64,000 nt of DNA from Patellaria atrata CBS 101060. Its lineage: Eukaryota. Location of the stretch: NCBI GenBank assembly GCA_010093705.1, contig MU006096.1, positions 1,324,004 through 1,388,003 on the forward strand, in the 5' to 3' direction. Within the stretch, counting starts at the first letter, position 1; each line of letters begins with the position of its first letter. Under the pieces are notes generated by a model. That model did no database searches. It was given only the letters and a program-made list of their open reading frames with translations, and was not told the origin of the DNA. The position numbers and the translations under genes are program-made. This document shows, piece by piece, positions 49,608-63,233 of this stretch.

Positions 49608-51375
49608 TCATCGGCTTCTCATATCAAACTGTACCTCCACGGCCTTCTCCCTGACCTCGCCAACCTTCTTGGCCGTCTCCCAAATCGCTTCCTCAAAGAA
49701 TCTCAACGTTTCTCTCAGCTCGGCGTACATGTCACTTGGTCTTTGACCCTCAGCACCCCTCCTCCGCTTCTCAACTAATCCTTCTAGTTCTCTCATCGTC
49801 GTGGCCTCGACGCCGCCAAGATGACCCTCAAGCTCGACGAGGCGCTTGTTATGCTCATCAAGTGATTTGCGGAGTCCTTCGACGCGTTTTGTGATGAACG
49901 CTATCACATCTGCGCTAGACACGTTCTCGAGGTCGTTCAGTCCCGTTGCTTCGGCCACTGCGAGTGCGGATTTGTTACTATTCGACACGGTGGTGCCTGC
50001 GGAAGGCCAACCGCCTCCACCATAGTGCAAAGATGGGGGAAGTTTCTGGTTTTCGACTGCGGTGAAGCTTAATTTGGCATCTTTAACATCCTCTTCCAGC
50101 AGCTGTTTGAGACGTTGCACGAGTACAGAGTCGTTCTCTAAAGCCAATTCAACTGTATCGAGCTTTCCTTGAAGGAAGGCTACGTCGTTGGGAATGTAGG
50201 AGAGATTCTGTTTATGGCCGGGAAGAGCAGCGGTTATCTGCGATGACTCGGATATGTACTGCTGGAATAGGTTATCCAGCTGTTCGATTTGCTTTTGGAT
50301 GTCTGGATGGAGGTCATTGAAACGAGTGGTGCTGCGGATGGAATTGGGATCTACAATTTGAACGCCGGATATAGTAGAAGCGACATTAATGGGTTGTCCT
50401 AAACGGACTGGGTTAAGACTGCCGCCTAGATTACTCCCTAGAGGAAGATTAGTGACGGTGTTTTTGGGTGGGATAAAAGACATGTTGTAGTGACCTTGAA
50501 TTGTAGCAGAGCCTCCGAACATTGGAGTGTTTGTGGTGGCACCGCTGAGGAACGGGCTCGTTAGCGTGGAATGTTGTACGACAAAGGATGTGCACTTACA
50601 ATAAGGACGGTGGCGCCGCATTCTGTGTATTTTGTGTATTCGGCGCAAACAATCCTCCACTTTGCTGCTGTTGATTATTTTGTGTATTGCTAAAGAGCCC
50701 TCCTGCTTGCTGCTGTTGGTTATTCTGCGCATTTCCAAAGAGCCCTCCTGCCTGCTGTTGAGATTGGTTTTGGGCTCCTAGAGTTCCCCCAAAGAGAGAC
50801 GGCGTCTGGGGCTTCGACTGCGCATTATTCTGGCCGAACAAGCTGGTTCCTGTATTTTGCTGAGTCGAGCTCCCCAGATTTCCAAACAGACTCTGCGACC
50901 TCTGAGGTTGTGCTGCGGTAGTTGATGAGCCGAAGAGCCCACCGCTAGGAGCTTGAGATGTATTCGTCGAGGAGCCAAATAGAGAAGCACTTTGCGGTTG
51001 GGATGTGTTCGTTGCCGCGCCGAATAGTCCACTTCCACTAGAGGGCTGAGATGTATTTGTAGAAGTACCGAAAAGACCGCCGCTTGGTGGAGGTTTGGAA
51101 GCACCGAAAAGGCCTCCGGCGGGAGCAGGTGTATTGTTAGATGCCGAACCACTAGAAAGACTTGTTAGCGGGCGGTTTTCCTTCAGTCTTCCGTCAATAT
51201 CACTGTATGAAGCTTGACGTTTGACAAGGGATTTCGGAGATGCTATTACGCGGGCCATGCCTGGCGAAAACATCACGGTAACGGGGAAAGAGAAGATTAT
51301 GGCTCCATTTTCTACTTACAAGAGGGATGCGCCTGTGTTGATGCTCAGCGAGTTGGATCTTCCAAAGCCTGACAT
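49608..51375 (-). CDS. NUP49: FG nucleoporin Nup49/Nup58-like. Exons 51375-51320, 51151-50600, 50544-49608
   Basis: GGLFG/SLFG repeats followed by TTRFNDLHPDIQKQIEQLD and a coiled-coil region. Confidence 0.85.
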
Positions 51376-51785
51376 TGTGAATGTTATAGTTGATGAAGTG
51401 GAACGCGTTTCGGTGAACCAGCAAACGCGCCGCTACTATGATGCTTCAGGACCTTGGATCACAACCTTAGTATTTCACGTGCTAATTGCATACATTAAAT
51501 ACAACTCTAGATAAGCGATATTGCTCTCTATTTCGAAAAGGGATTGTAATAAGCTGTAATTGCGTTGTCGTGTTCTCGTAGCTCAATTTTGAGGTTTGGT
51601 CCGCTCGTTCCAAAAAGTTCACAACTCGTAGAACTACACCTCAGTAGCCAATTTCTCCAACCTACACGACAACCCACACGCTTGCAGACATCAACTGAGC
51701 TCACTGAACACGAAGGCATCTGCATTAATAGATTCCAACTATAAGGATTCATTGAAACCTCTACCGTTCGCTTGAAAACGTCGCA

Positions 51786-52991
51786 ATGGAGGAAGAGGAT
51801 GATGATTTCTATGCGCCTAATGGTGGAGCTACTGCAGCTACTTCCGCTGAAGCTCAAACTTCCAACAGCTTTTCCTCGAATGCTCAGGCCGCTGTTAAGG
51901 AAGAGAAAGGAGATGAAGGACTGGAAGAAGGAGAAGAGGAGGAAGAGGATGATAGCGAGTCCGTGAGTGCTTCGGTCCTCGCAGGGCGTACAGGGAAGGA
52001 GCTGATACCGTATTGCACTAGGATATCGATATTATAACAGAGCGTAAAGATGAGCCTGTTGCGTGTGTGATCCCATCAGCCCTATTATTCGTCTCTAATA
52101 TGATATGTAGTCTTCCTTCTAGGTTTCCAGCTGTAAAGCCAGAACCTACACGGACTACCTCTGGAACGCCTTTAGATCGGTCGACGTCGCAGCAACCCGC
52201 AGCGGCACCTCATTCAAAAGCTATACCTATTATAGCACCGAAACCTGGCTCTAGTTATCCAGAAGTACGTACAAGCACTGTTGATGTGAACGCAAATCCC
52301 ATTTGGGAGCAAACTGGAAAGCCTGTAACGCAACTGGATATTGATGCAGGTATGAATGTTTCTGAATCTACCCTCAAATCCACATTCAAAGATATCAGAT
52401 CCCTAACCTATCTTATGATTATTAGATCTTGCGGAACATGCAAAACCATGGCGTCTACCAGGATCTGACCAGTCTGATTATTTCAACTATGGATTTGATG
52501 AATTTACTTGGACATCTTATTGTCTTCGCCAGAACAATATGGCGCAAAACCTCTCACAGCAAAAGAATGAATCAGCTCAGTTCCAGCAAATGTTTGGTGG
52601 TGCTATGCCTGGAATTCCCGGTGCTGGCGCCATGCCTAGTATGCCATCTGCTGCAGGTATGCCAAGTATACCTGGAATGCCGGGACAAGATGATATGATG
52701 GCCACTATGACTCAATACATGATGGCGAATGGCATTACGGACCCCAGCCAGATCGATTTCAACGCTTTCATGGCCCAGATGCAGGGAGGTGGAGCTGCTC
52801 AAGCTGGTCAAGGACAGGCGCAACAAGCAGGTATGGCGGGTGTTCCAAGCGGACCGGCTGCACAACAACAACAGCAGCAGCAGCAGCAGCAAGGTCAGTA
52901 TGGTGGAGGTGGACAGCAGGGCAACTATGGATATGGCGCTCAGCAGGGTGGAGGGAATTTTGGCGGAAAAGGCCGTGGGAGGAGATGGTAA
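51786..52991 (+). CDS. FIP1: Pre-mRNA polyadenylation factor Fip1. Exons 51786-51962, 52022-52062, 52111-52349, 52426-52991
   Basis: Acidic N-terminus and the Fip1 motif KPWRLPGSDQSDYFNYGFDEFTWTSYC; Q/G/M-rich tail. Confidence 0.95.
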
Positions 52992-54000
52992 TCTATTCTT
53001 CAGTTATGTCCAACTACGTGCGAATGAGTTGCATGGTCGGCGTTGTTGGTAATCGGCAGACTTCAAGGTATAGATAACTTTCACTTCCTCCTGAGATCTC
53101 ATCCTCTTGCAGTCAGCTTTCGTAGGTTACTGTATGCTTGTGGTATGCATAACAGTATATTCCAAAACCTGTCCTCCTATAAGAGTTCGCTTGTTCGTTC
53201 CTTTGCTTCTCAGCTTCTCTGCTGATGTCATTGTATTTTCCTATTACGCCAGTTAATCTACGTACCTAAAGTAAGCGGCCATGAGAAAAAGATTGCATGC
53301 CTTTGTAACGCTATAAGATAAGGGCTTTGACCTCAAGAGATTCTATGTTCCCCATGGTTCGTAGAAGATCATAAGCTAAGTACATATCACTTGACCTTTA
53401 CACTATGAAGAGATACTGAATCTTCCTCATTTCGCCCTCCTTACTCGTCCAATTCTCTACACTTACAGAACAAAAGAATGCGCACCCCTTAGTTTCACTG
53501 CTCTTCAAGACTTGGACTTTCTATACAACTTAGTCGGAGCTATTTTGAGCGTGTACACCTGGTCAACGGGGTTATGAAGGGGATGTGATTGTTTTAAGTA
53601 TCAAGTAAGAACCAAGTGTCGATAGCCCAAGTTTGCCGTAAATGATGGCGGTGAACGATATAACAAATTCCGAATTTAGATATATTCCTATTCGCTTTCA
53701 GATTTCACATATAGTTCTGGGTCAGGTACCTGTTTGGGTTAATTGAGTACCTTGCTCCCAATTTCTGGTGAAGCTGTCACTTATTTCCTTCACTTAATTA
53801 AACGAGCTACTGCGCGTCCGTTTGTTGTTATGACGCAGATACTTTGTGACTGCCGTTTGTCGGCCGTACACGTCTATAAATCTGCCTCTCCGCCTCCGAG
53901 ACTTCCTTTCTCCACCACACACCTCACATCTGCGGACAACCTCACAAACCACACCTTTTTTCTGAATCTTCCAGATTCACTTTTTCTTCGCCGCACCACC

Positions 54001-55247
54001 ATGACGATCTGGGTCAACAACGGGATCCCCCGGAGCGACCCAAACCCTCCACCGCCGCGGCCTGCAGATGGAGGTCGAGTCAGCAGCGACTCGGACAGAA
54101 CGATTCGGTATGTCTTCTCAAGCATAATATTAACAAAGCCTCTAGCCTTTTAAAGATCTATACCCAGTACTTCGTATCAAGCTCTAGCTCAGTAAAGTTG
54201 ACTAGCAGCAAGATGGCCGACGATGTACAGCGGAGATCAAGCACAAACAGCAAGCAGACAAGGCGGGTGTTTACCTTCTTCAATTCGCTTCGGATTCCGA
54301 GCTCAAGCTTAAATCATTGACTTTGAGCAAAGGAAATTAGTAGCGCAATAACAGGTATTGAGACTTTTCACAGCAATCCCAAACAGGCGATCCATCACCT
54401 CTAACATCCCCACCGAGACAACTGCACATTTGGTACTAATTCATTGAACAGACCTGTTCCTCGTCGGTCATTTGGCCGTCGTCTCTTTGGCCTCGGGCCA
54501 AGTAGCCAGGAGGGGGCGCAATCCCTCCCAACCCAGGCGGGGGGTCAAGCCCGCCTTTTCGATGAAGACGTTGTCGTTGGAGGTATCATCTGTACGCTCT
54601 CTTTTCTCCTCACCTGTACAAACATCAAGCTAACCGTCGGTACAGACTACGCCTTGCTCGTCTTCCCCACCCTCCGCCCAGAGCGCCTCATCTTGGCCAC
54701 CGTGACAACTCATTTCATCCGACGGGTGAACCCAACGGTGGAACAGATCGGTCTGGTGGAGGGCCCCCTTCCCCTCTCCGCCATAATCCCTCCAGGGTTT
54801 CCAGTCTGGAGACCCGACCCGGAAGAACCGCCGTCGACACGGCGTTCCGGTTCTCGATCCCTCGGTGCGTTGCTCCCTGCCGCACGCCGTGCCTCGCGTG
54901 CGGCGGCACAGACCGCTGCCATCGGCGAGCTCGGGTACTTCTGGGTGCCCCAACCGGTGGTGGTTGGTTTGTTGCTCTTTCGGCTCGGAGTCGACGAACG
55001 AGGATCGGGTCGAGAGATGGTGGCGGAAGTTTGGCGTACAGAGCCAACTGAGGGGAGTGAGACGGCGACGGAAGAAGACGTCCTCCACTTGATGAGAAGA
55101 GAGGTCGAGGCGGCTTTTGCCACCGACGACCCGTCCGTTGAGCGGAGGGAAGAATGGCTGCGAGCAAGAGGTACCGGCGGCGAGATTCGGTGGAACACCT
55201 TCCTGGAAGGTTTGGGTGAGTACTGTGTGGTGAGCTACTTCGAGTAG
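54001..55247 (+). pseudogene. Spliced orphan gene whose second exon has stops in all frames (pseudogene or unresolved model)
   Basis: TATAAA at about 53875; CACCATG at 54001; donors at 54108, about 54355 and 54583; acceptors at about 54208, 54451 and 54645. Downstream exons are open, exon 2 is not. Confidence 0.45.
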
Positions 55248-55610
55248 CTGGCTGGTAGATAGGTACAAAGGTAGTTTTAAAGGTAACTGCAGAAAGAGGG
55301 GGACCTCCAGCGAAGCTCAACACCTCAACGTGGTGCTGGAGTCTAGTAATCTTCTATTGAAGACGAAGCTAAGATTGAGCTCGAGAACGAATGCTGCAGT
55401 TAGAAGAATCCAGCGTATATGTACATGTACCAGAAGTAGACAGTTCACAGCAATGATCAAAATTGAGATATTGCACTTTGAGTGAGGCCTATCGGCCGAG
55501 TCCTCTTGATAATTTATGATCCAGTGTACACAAGCCCGCTAGCGCCCGCTAAATAACTTGAATTCCCCAAGCGAACGTATGATAAAAGCGTGAAAGTAAG
55601 CAAACATTCC

Positions 55611-56881
55611 TCAGTCATTGTAATTAACCAGTCCGGCGCCATCCTTATTCACCGGAGGGAGACGTTCCTGCACCCGATACTCCTCCTCCTGCGACTTACC
55701 ATCTGGGTCGAATGTAGGAATCTCACCGTGACAGCAGACACGTACTGCATGACGACGATGGCCCTCAAAACCGTACGAAGCTGAGTGATTCTACGATGGT
55801 AAGTATGAAGAATATATTAAGATCGGTACACTTACGCAAACACGGTTGTCCCAGAATGCTACATCATTCTTATTCCACTTGAAAGTCACCTGCAACTCAT
55901 GGGTAGTAGCAACAAGCTCAGTGAGAAGGTTGATGATCATATCGCTCTCCAGTTTCGGTACACCAACAATCTTAGTGACAAAGCCCGGGTTGAAGAAGAT
56001 GGATTTCCAGCCAGTGACGGGGTGCGTACGAATTAGTGGATGCTTCGTAACGATAGGTTCTCGTCGGACAGTTCGTCCCAGTTGGCGTGAGCCGTCAGCT
56101 TGCATTTGAGCAGAATGCAGTGCAGACAACTTTTCTAGATATTGCTGCATATGTGGCGAAAGGAGATCGTACGCCGCATACTGGGAAGACCAAAGAGTAT
56201 CACCTCCACCTCCCCTTGGTGGGCCGGTAAGGAGTTTCAGGGAGGTATATGAGGGTGGCTGTATCTCATAAGATACCTACATATGTAAGTACAAATACCA
56301 ACTGCCGACAAATTTGTACTCACATCTGAATGCCAGAGAAATGAAGGCTTGAATATAGCGCGCATGTCCTGGGATTTCTCATTCGCAAACACGACATGTA
56401 CATCCTCTAGACCTTCGCGTTGAGGTACGCAAGTAGTAGCATGCTTGTGTAACTTCCCAAAATATGTTCCTAGTTCGCGTTGCTCTCCGATGCCAAAGTC
56501 GGTTTGGTTCCTGAAGAATACTACGCCACGAATTGCAATGAGTCGAGCTAAGTCATCCTTTTGAGCATCCGTAAGCTGAGATAGATGAACGCCATGGATC
56601 TCCGTTCCAACTTTAGGATTGTAATCGAAAACGTCTGTAGCTGATGCAAGAAGGTTCCGGAACTTAGGATCACCGTTCAAACCCCTGTCGTGGTATGGCA
56701 CCTCAGTTAATGGTGGCCATTTGACTTCCGGACAACGTGGCCGTAGATCTTCATATTCGTAGTCCTCGTACGTTTTGGTCTCCGTTTGTCCTGGCTCATA
56801 ATTGAGAACTCTTTTCTTAGACGATATTACTTGAGCTGGAAGAGCGGTGGTTTCTTCTGGGAGGAGAATAGCAGGAGCCAT
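55611..56881 (-). CDS. TauD/TfdA-family Fe(II)/2-oxoglutarate dioxygenase (sulfonate dioxygenase-like). Exons 56881-56324, 56276-55836, 55790-55611
   Basis: GTEIHGV, RGVVFFRNQ, WHSDVSYE (HxD), GGDTLW, HPLIRTHPVTGWK, WDNRVCNHSA (distal His), RHAVR. Confidence 0.94.
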
Positions 56882-58511
56882 GGTGCACGAGTATGCAAGT
56901 AAAGGCTACAAGTATCAAGAGGATCGGGAAAACCTTAAAGCTTCGTAGTATGGTAAGATGTGGAGGGAGAAAAAGCAACGGGGGTAAGAAGGAATCACAT
57001 ATAAATACGCAAAAAGAGTGATGCTCGGGAGGATCACCGATTCACACCACTGATGATATGGATTTATTCTCACACTTACCTCTTGGAGCAATCAATCCCC
57101 ATTCTGTGTCCTTATGAATACCAGGTAACTCCACAATTCGCAATCGCACTATCTCAGCACCTCATTAGAGTAACTGCTATCACTATGACCTCCCCACATC
57201 GCACTAGCGAGGTTTATGGTAGGTCTACGAAGCAGGAATTCTAGGCGGATTCAAAATCCAGAAGATAAAGCAATCCCTTGCTCCTTAGAAATCATAACAA
57301 GTTACAGCTCTCCCCTCCTATAATGTCCAGTAACTTTGCCGATTTGTGCCAGAAACATGGGTCTCATATGGAGATAAGGAGCCTTCATCTGACAAATCAG
57401 AAAATGGGTTTAGACATGGTGTTTAATCCGATTGCTTAAGACGAATATGTCGATGGATACTCAAGGCATCTGGAGAATTCAGGACGACGTTGGATCTAGG
57501 ATAAGGAGAGAATAATACTAAGCCCGTTTTGGATAGTGCGGACATGCTTCAACCAATCATGCAACCAACTAGGAGAGATGGCCTGTTCGGGTGCGCTTTA
57601 AAGATGCGTTGTGTGAGTCTGACTGAACAGCACGCAATCCATCATCAGAATTACCTCTTTCTTACTCCTCTATACTATTAATTGTTCCACGCACCACCAC
57701 TCTGTCGAGGTTATTATGCACCTGGGCATTTCGATCCCATTGCGTATGTCTCCTCTGGCGGGAATCAATTACCGATTCCCCACATTTAGAACAGGAAGCA
57801 CAACAGGTTGTAATCTACTCAGCGGTCACTGTAATATGATCTGAATCGATCCTCAAGACCTATAGCTTAGATCCGGCGAATAATATGGCAATAGATGCAT
57901 TGCAATTCTGTACATTTTAGTAGAAGGGTTCCATAGTTCCAGCTCTAGAGGGCTAGCTCCAGTCTCCCTATTCTCCTATTCTTCTACTGGGAATTCAATC
58001 TGTCGTCGAGGAAAGGTGACATAAAGCACCTACACAGACTATAATTTCACAATCTGATAGCTTCAAATAACCAGATTTTGCAAGTCAACATGTTGGTTCC
58101 CCGCGTATCTCGTATGATGTAACAGTGCTCCATAAAATTTCCCTAGTGGACGATATAACTCGACTAAACCATGCTGATTAATGGTTCTTAAAGGTGCGGA
58201 AATTGCCATATAGCTCTCATAGGTTGATTCTATGAGTTGAAAGTATGAAGTACCGTTAGGATATTGAATTAAACAAGCCTATATCTTCGATAAATTATAC
58301 CCTTTGTGGAAGTGTTGTCACGTTTGAAACCACTTTATCACTTAAACATACGAATAGAACATAGTAGACGTAGGGTCGCAATTTTGATTATAGTTCGATA
58401 TTTAATATCTCTATGCCGCATATGCGTATCTATAATTTACCATGAGGAACGGGTGCCGTACCAATACTCCAATATTGCCGTTTCGGACCAGGCTCCATTT
58501 TAGTCACACAC

Positions 58512-61500
58512 CTACTTCCGCAACTTGAGCATGACATAAGGAATTTCAACATCTTCCTCTGTCTTATCCTCCGCAGTGATCTCGAAAATGACGTTCTTCT
58601 GGTGCTCCGGGATTGGTTTCTTACTGATAGTCTCGACAAGATCGCTCAGCCTACAAGCGTATTAGTATCGGTTCGGTAACAAGAGTCTCAATTGACTTAC
58701 TTTAGGGGCAGTCGATCTTTGACTTTCGAAGGAGCGTAGAAGCTAGCATATAGCAAACTTACTCCCGAGCTTACCATCGTGATGTCGAGACCTTTCGACT
58801 TGAAATCGTCTAGGAATTCCTGTAGTGTGTAATTCTCCACCTCGAAACGGTCCCAGAGCTTATCAATAGTAATCTCTCCGTTAGCACCTTGATACGTGCC
58901 CTTTGGACTTGCTATCGGTTCGCTAAAGCCAAAGAATGGAAGTGCAAGGTTGATAAACCCGTTCTTGTATTGCTCAATGTCGTCATTGCCCGCTATGATC
59001 TTGTAAAGCTCTAAGTTAACAAGCCCAGTGACAAGAGAAGTAGTGGTTGCAATGGCAGGAATGATCTTGCCAGCGATGAACTTCGTCTTGTGCCTATCAG
59101 CAGTAGCAATCTTGTAATTTTCAGCTCGAAGGTTGCTGGCAGCGGTAATGAAATCGATGTGGTGGTTTGTGTCGTCATCCTTTTCAAACTCGACAGGCTC
59201 CAATCTGTATCCAGCAAGGGATTTGGGAGGTGGTAACTGATCAGCAATACGCTGCAATTCAGTATTGCTAGCTGTCTGCTGTGCGTTGGGATCTGGATCC
59301 GTATCATTGGCTTGAATCTTAACACCGGGATCAGGCTTGAAATCTGGTATGATCATATCCTCGAGAACCTTGAGATACTGTTCTTCGGTAGCATTATTGG
59401 AATTTATGTTGTAGTTGAAGGCATGTAAGTTGGCTGCCGCTACAATGAAACCGACATGAGTAGGGTTTGAGGGGTCAAATTTAGCTGGATCAGGCGCTCG
59501 CTTAGGTCCCGACCAGAACGGTTGTCCGCTAGACGTCGTTGAATCTTTGGGGAAGTTGTGCAACAGTTGTTGGACACTGTTAGTAAAGTGCTTCTCGAAC
59601 TGGTTGCGGGCCCAGATTATACAATCATCAAAGGTCAGAGGTTTCTCGGTGACAAGATAATCGCGAAGCGTTTCAAGTGTTTGCTTCTCGTTGCCACTCT
59701 GCTTAAGAGCGCTTCCGAGGTAGTTGGGTTGTGTCAGATAAAGGTTGACGACCTCTGGGGGTTGAACAAATAGTCCCTCGAATAAATCCTTCGCCCATGC
59801 TATGGTATGGTCAATTTTATTAGGGAAGTGTTTGAGTGTGCAAATGGGAATGGACTTCTCCGGTGGGTCTTGAGAGCTCGAATATGACTCCGTGATCCTT
59901 GGTAGGACTACCTGGACATTTCCTTTTGTTCCTAATGTACCACTGTCGATCAGGGGCTTGAGGAAGAACACACACCTGCGGTCAACATAGGTCCTAGCTT
60001 CAACATTATCCAGCGCATTGGTCACACCATCGAGTTCCCCCCAAAACTCTTCGTTGAAAATATGCTCTGTCTCCGGGCCGACTCGGTCTCTCAGTGTGAC
60101 GACCTTGCCTTTTAGATCAGGGTTCATCGCTAAGACAGCCTCTGCTGCGCAATCGCTCTTGAACTTCCCCACGTCCTTGGATCTGAAAAGGAACTGTCGG
60201 TTGAGATTACTCTTTTCAATTTGGTCCATGTCGGTGACAGTGATCTTGCCTTCAGGACCTGTTGCCAAACCCATTAACGCCCAGTTCTTGAGCATCTCGC
60301 ATCCAATGGCGCCTGCGCCCACGAGGAATTGCTTTACGTTGGCTAATCTTGACTGATATTCCTTACCGAAAACTGCGATCTGTCCATCATACCGGCTTCC
60401 TTGAGGGGCGCAGGATTCCTCCGTCCTCTCAGTTGTTGGGAGTGATTCTAATGAGTCGAAGTATAACCATTGAACGATGGGGTGGAACTTTCCAGATACG
60501 GATTTGAGCACTTCCTGTGCAGCCAGACCGCCAAAGAAAGCGTTCATAGGTGCAATGTCCCCTCGTGCTTGGTAGCTAAGTTCTTTGATTAACTTCTCAT
60601 CGAGTTCTACCTTCTCTTCTCCTCGGTTCGCCAGGCCTCGCGCGAGTTGAAATACCTCTGCCGCATCCGCTTCGTTGTGTGGTTTTGGATATTCGCCGCT
60701 ATGTTGCTCAAAAAATGCGTGTAGAGCTTGGAAACCAATATGGAGCTGCTGGGGCCTATCGAATTTTGCGAAGTCGGACATTAGCAATTCAGGCTTCTTG
60801 AGTTGCACGCTCAGGGGCTCAAAGTCGATGAACTTGGGCATCTTAACTTGGGTATAGATACCGCCGCTCTTATATTCCCCGAATTTGGAAACGTCGCCGA
60901 TTGAGAAAGCATAGGGCCCTTTAACGGTGATCTTCATCGGGGGTGCGTCATTCAACCCTTCCATACCTTCCACTTCTTTGAAAGTAACAAAGTCGCCGTC
61001 CTCCAAACCATGCCTTACGTCATCAAGTGCTGAGACTAGACCATCAGGCTCAATAGCTGCCACAATACCGCTGAGAACATTTTCTCCGGTGGGATCCCCA
61101 CAGGTGAAATTCTTTCCAAAGTCCGTAAAGATTGAGCCGAATAAGCCGAATGTATCTGTTATGACTACATATATTCCATTGCTGTGGCAATAGTCCGATA
61201 TAGCAAGTTGTTGCCTGAGTGGGGTGTCCGTAAGTACTACTACTTGGTATTGCTTTAACTGGTCAAGGTCACCGATGATGTCTCCTTCGTGAAGTTTAAC
61301 CGGAGTGTACGGGTTTAATTCTGACACTCGAGGTACCGTTACCTCAGCTCGTGCCTTACCAACATCTTCAGGGTGTAGGAAGAATTGCGAGGAGAGATCG
61401 GATATTGTGGCAGGCTTAGGGTCGTACAGTGTGAGGGATTTCACTCCGGCGAGGGCAATGTTCTTCGCGATTTCGACTCCTAGACCTCGAATACCGACAA

Positions 61501-61812
61501 TAAGGACATTCGACGAGCCCATACGCTTCATAGCCTCATGACCTAGAACATATAGCTGTCTGCTGTATAAAGATTCATCAATCTCGCCACGATCGTCCTT
61601 TAGCTGCTCGACCGCAGCAGCGGGGCTGTCAACTTGCATCGTGGTATCCTAGACAGTTCTATTAGTGATCTATAAGTTTCAGTTTCCAATAGTGAGGTTA
61701 GAGCAATGTAGAAATTCGTAGATAAAGATTTGGTATTATGAAAGCTCTTTGAATGACATAGTGGGGGATTTTATGGGAAGTCAGATCAGGCGCTGGTATC
61801 ACGTACAGTCAT
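58512..61812 (-). CDS. UBA1: Ubiquitin-activating enzyme E1. Exons 61812-61807, 61648-58701, 58650-58512
   Basis: [32 protein letters not shown], catalytic Cys in [22 protein letters not shown] tail. A 6-nt coding first exon ATGACT|GTACGT splices to TAG|GATACC. Confidence 0.97.
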
Positions 61813-63233
61813 GACTTTCTTGCTTGGACTGGCGGAGCCCTCGCCTGAATGCTGTCTCTTCCCCAGCTTGACTACGTCTGAGAAGCCAACCTGTACTATT
61901 CAACGTGGCGATGCTGTTGTTGCCTTAAGCGCCGAGCACTTAGGTGCTATTTTGGAGCAAACACGACGTCTTAGCACAGAGAAAAGCACAGTAAAAACTC
62001 AAGGTATGTAATACTGTAAATTTGAGTGAGGTGATCGAGCAACTGTAGATTAAGTGTTCAAGTTTCTAACTTGCTGAGACGGGAATATTGTTGAAGCCGC
62101 GAATTACAATAATATTATGCGGTGATGCCATCCGCACTAAAGCCGAACTTCAACCGAAGCAATCCATCCAGGAAGGCATCCCTCAGCAGTCTCACGGAAT
62201 ATACGGAAGGCACAATCATGCGATTTATATCACATTGACCGAATTTCTAATGTCTTCATGACTTTAATTTCGAGCATCGGTCCATATAACTTTAGGTGAA
62301 GACTTCTTGCTAACTACATCCATCACTGGATCCAATAGATGTTCATACAACACTAAGAAGGCTTATGAGATCCATATTTTCGAAGATTGTATGATAAATA
62401 TCTAGTAGCAGTCTTGAGTGCTAAACTCCAAGGATTTCCCCGTTGTAGAGATCATTGCGTAGTGTCGGAGTACAGTCGCTTTTATCGGAGGCCTCTGGGT
62501 AGAGTTTGTCGAGCAGTTGATATCGTGCGAACGAATCTCAACATCAGCATTATCTCAGCCGTGCAAATAATACAAAGTCAGTTGATGCTTCGGACCGAAC
62601 AGCCAGTCAGCAGTGTACCTTAGTCGTTGAGTAACCGTACAGGGGCCGAAGAATCCCAACCGAGATAACGAGAAGGGTGAAACAATGTAGGGAACATCAC
62701 ACAACTGCAGAAAATTATGTAGCTATTGAAAGTTATAGTCCCCAAAGGTAGAAAATGTGATTAAGTAACGCTATGCGATTATTGAATGGCAACTAACAAA
62801 GGCCTAACTTGGAACGACAAGGGTGAGAGTAAGGTCCCCATATGCTAGAGTTCACCCAGCGTATAATTCTTCCATAAGGTACTCGTTCGTACAAGAGACA
62901 AACAATGATTATGAAGTATAGGTTAAGGTTGTGAAGCAAGAGGAGGTAAGACCCGGACGGAGGTTCGAATTAGGTTGGCTTCATCGTGGCTGTGGCGGCG
63001 TCAGATCTTGTGATTAAGTAAGCTAAGCTCTGACGTCGGTTCGGGTTCGATTGACGCTTCCACATTGATCAAGGGGAACAATGAAAGTACCTTACAGTAC
63101 CGCGACTCGCCTCAGAGTATAAGGGAGAATGTGATTTTCAGGTTGTCTCATATCAGTTCTATGAGTATGAGCGAACTAATAACAGCTACGGTACCTTACA
63201 GAATCTAGGTGGAAATCCTAGAAACTAGCCGAA

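Noticed and set aside
27527..54345. TAA/TAG-to-Gln genetic code reassignment suggested by in-frame stops in relic genes
   Set aside because: Conserved genes end normally at TAA/TAG and have no internal stops; the relics also carry frameshifts.
39788..56881. Secondary-metabolite cluster (P450 plus 2OG dioxygenase)
   Set aside because: No backbone synthase; the genes are about 14 kb apart and separated by housekeeping genes, and the P450 is broken.
62960..63055. GGTTCGA B-box-like motifs suggesting a tRNA
   Set aside because: No cloverleaf stems or properly spaced A box.
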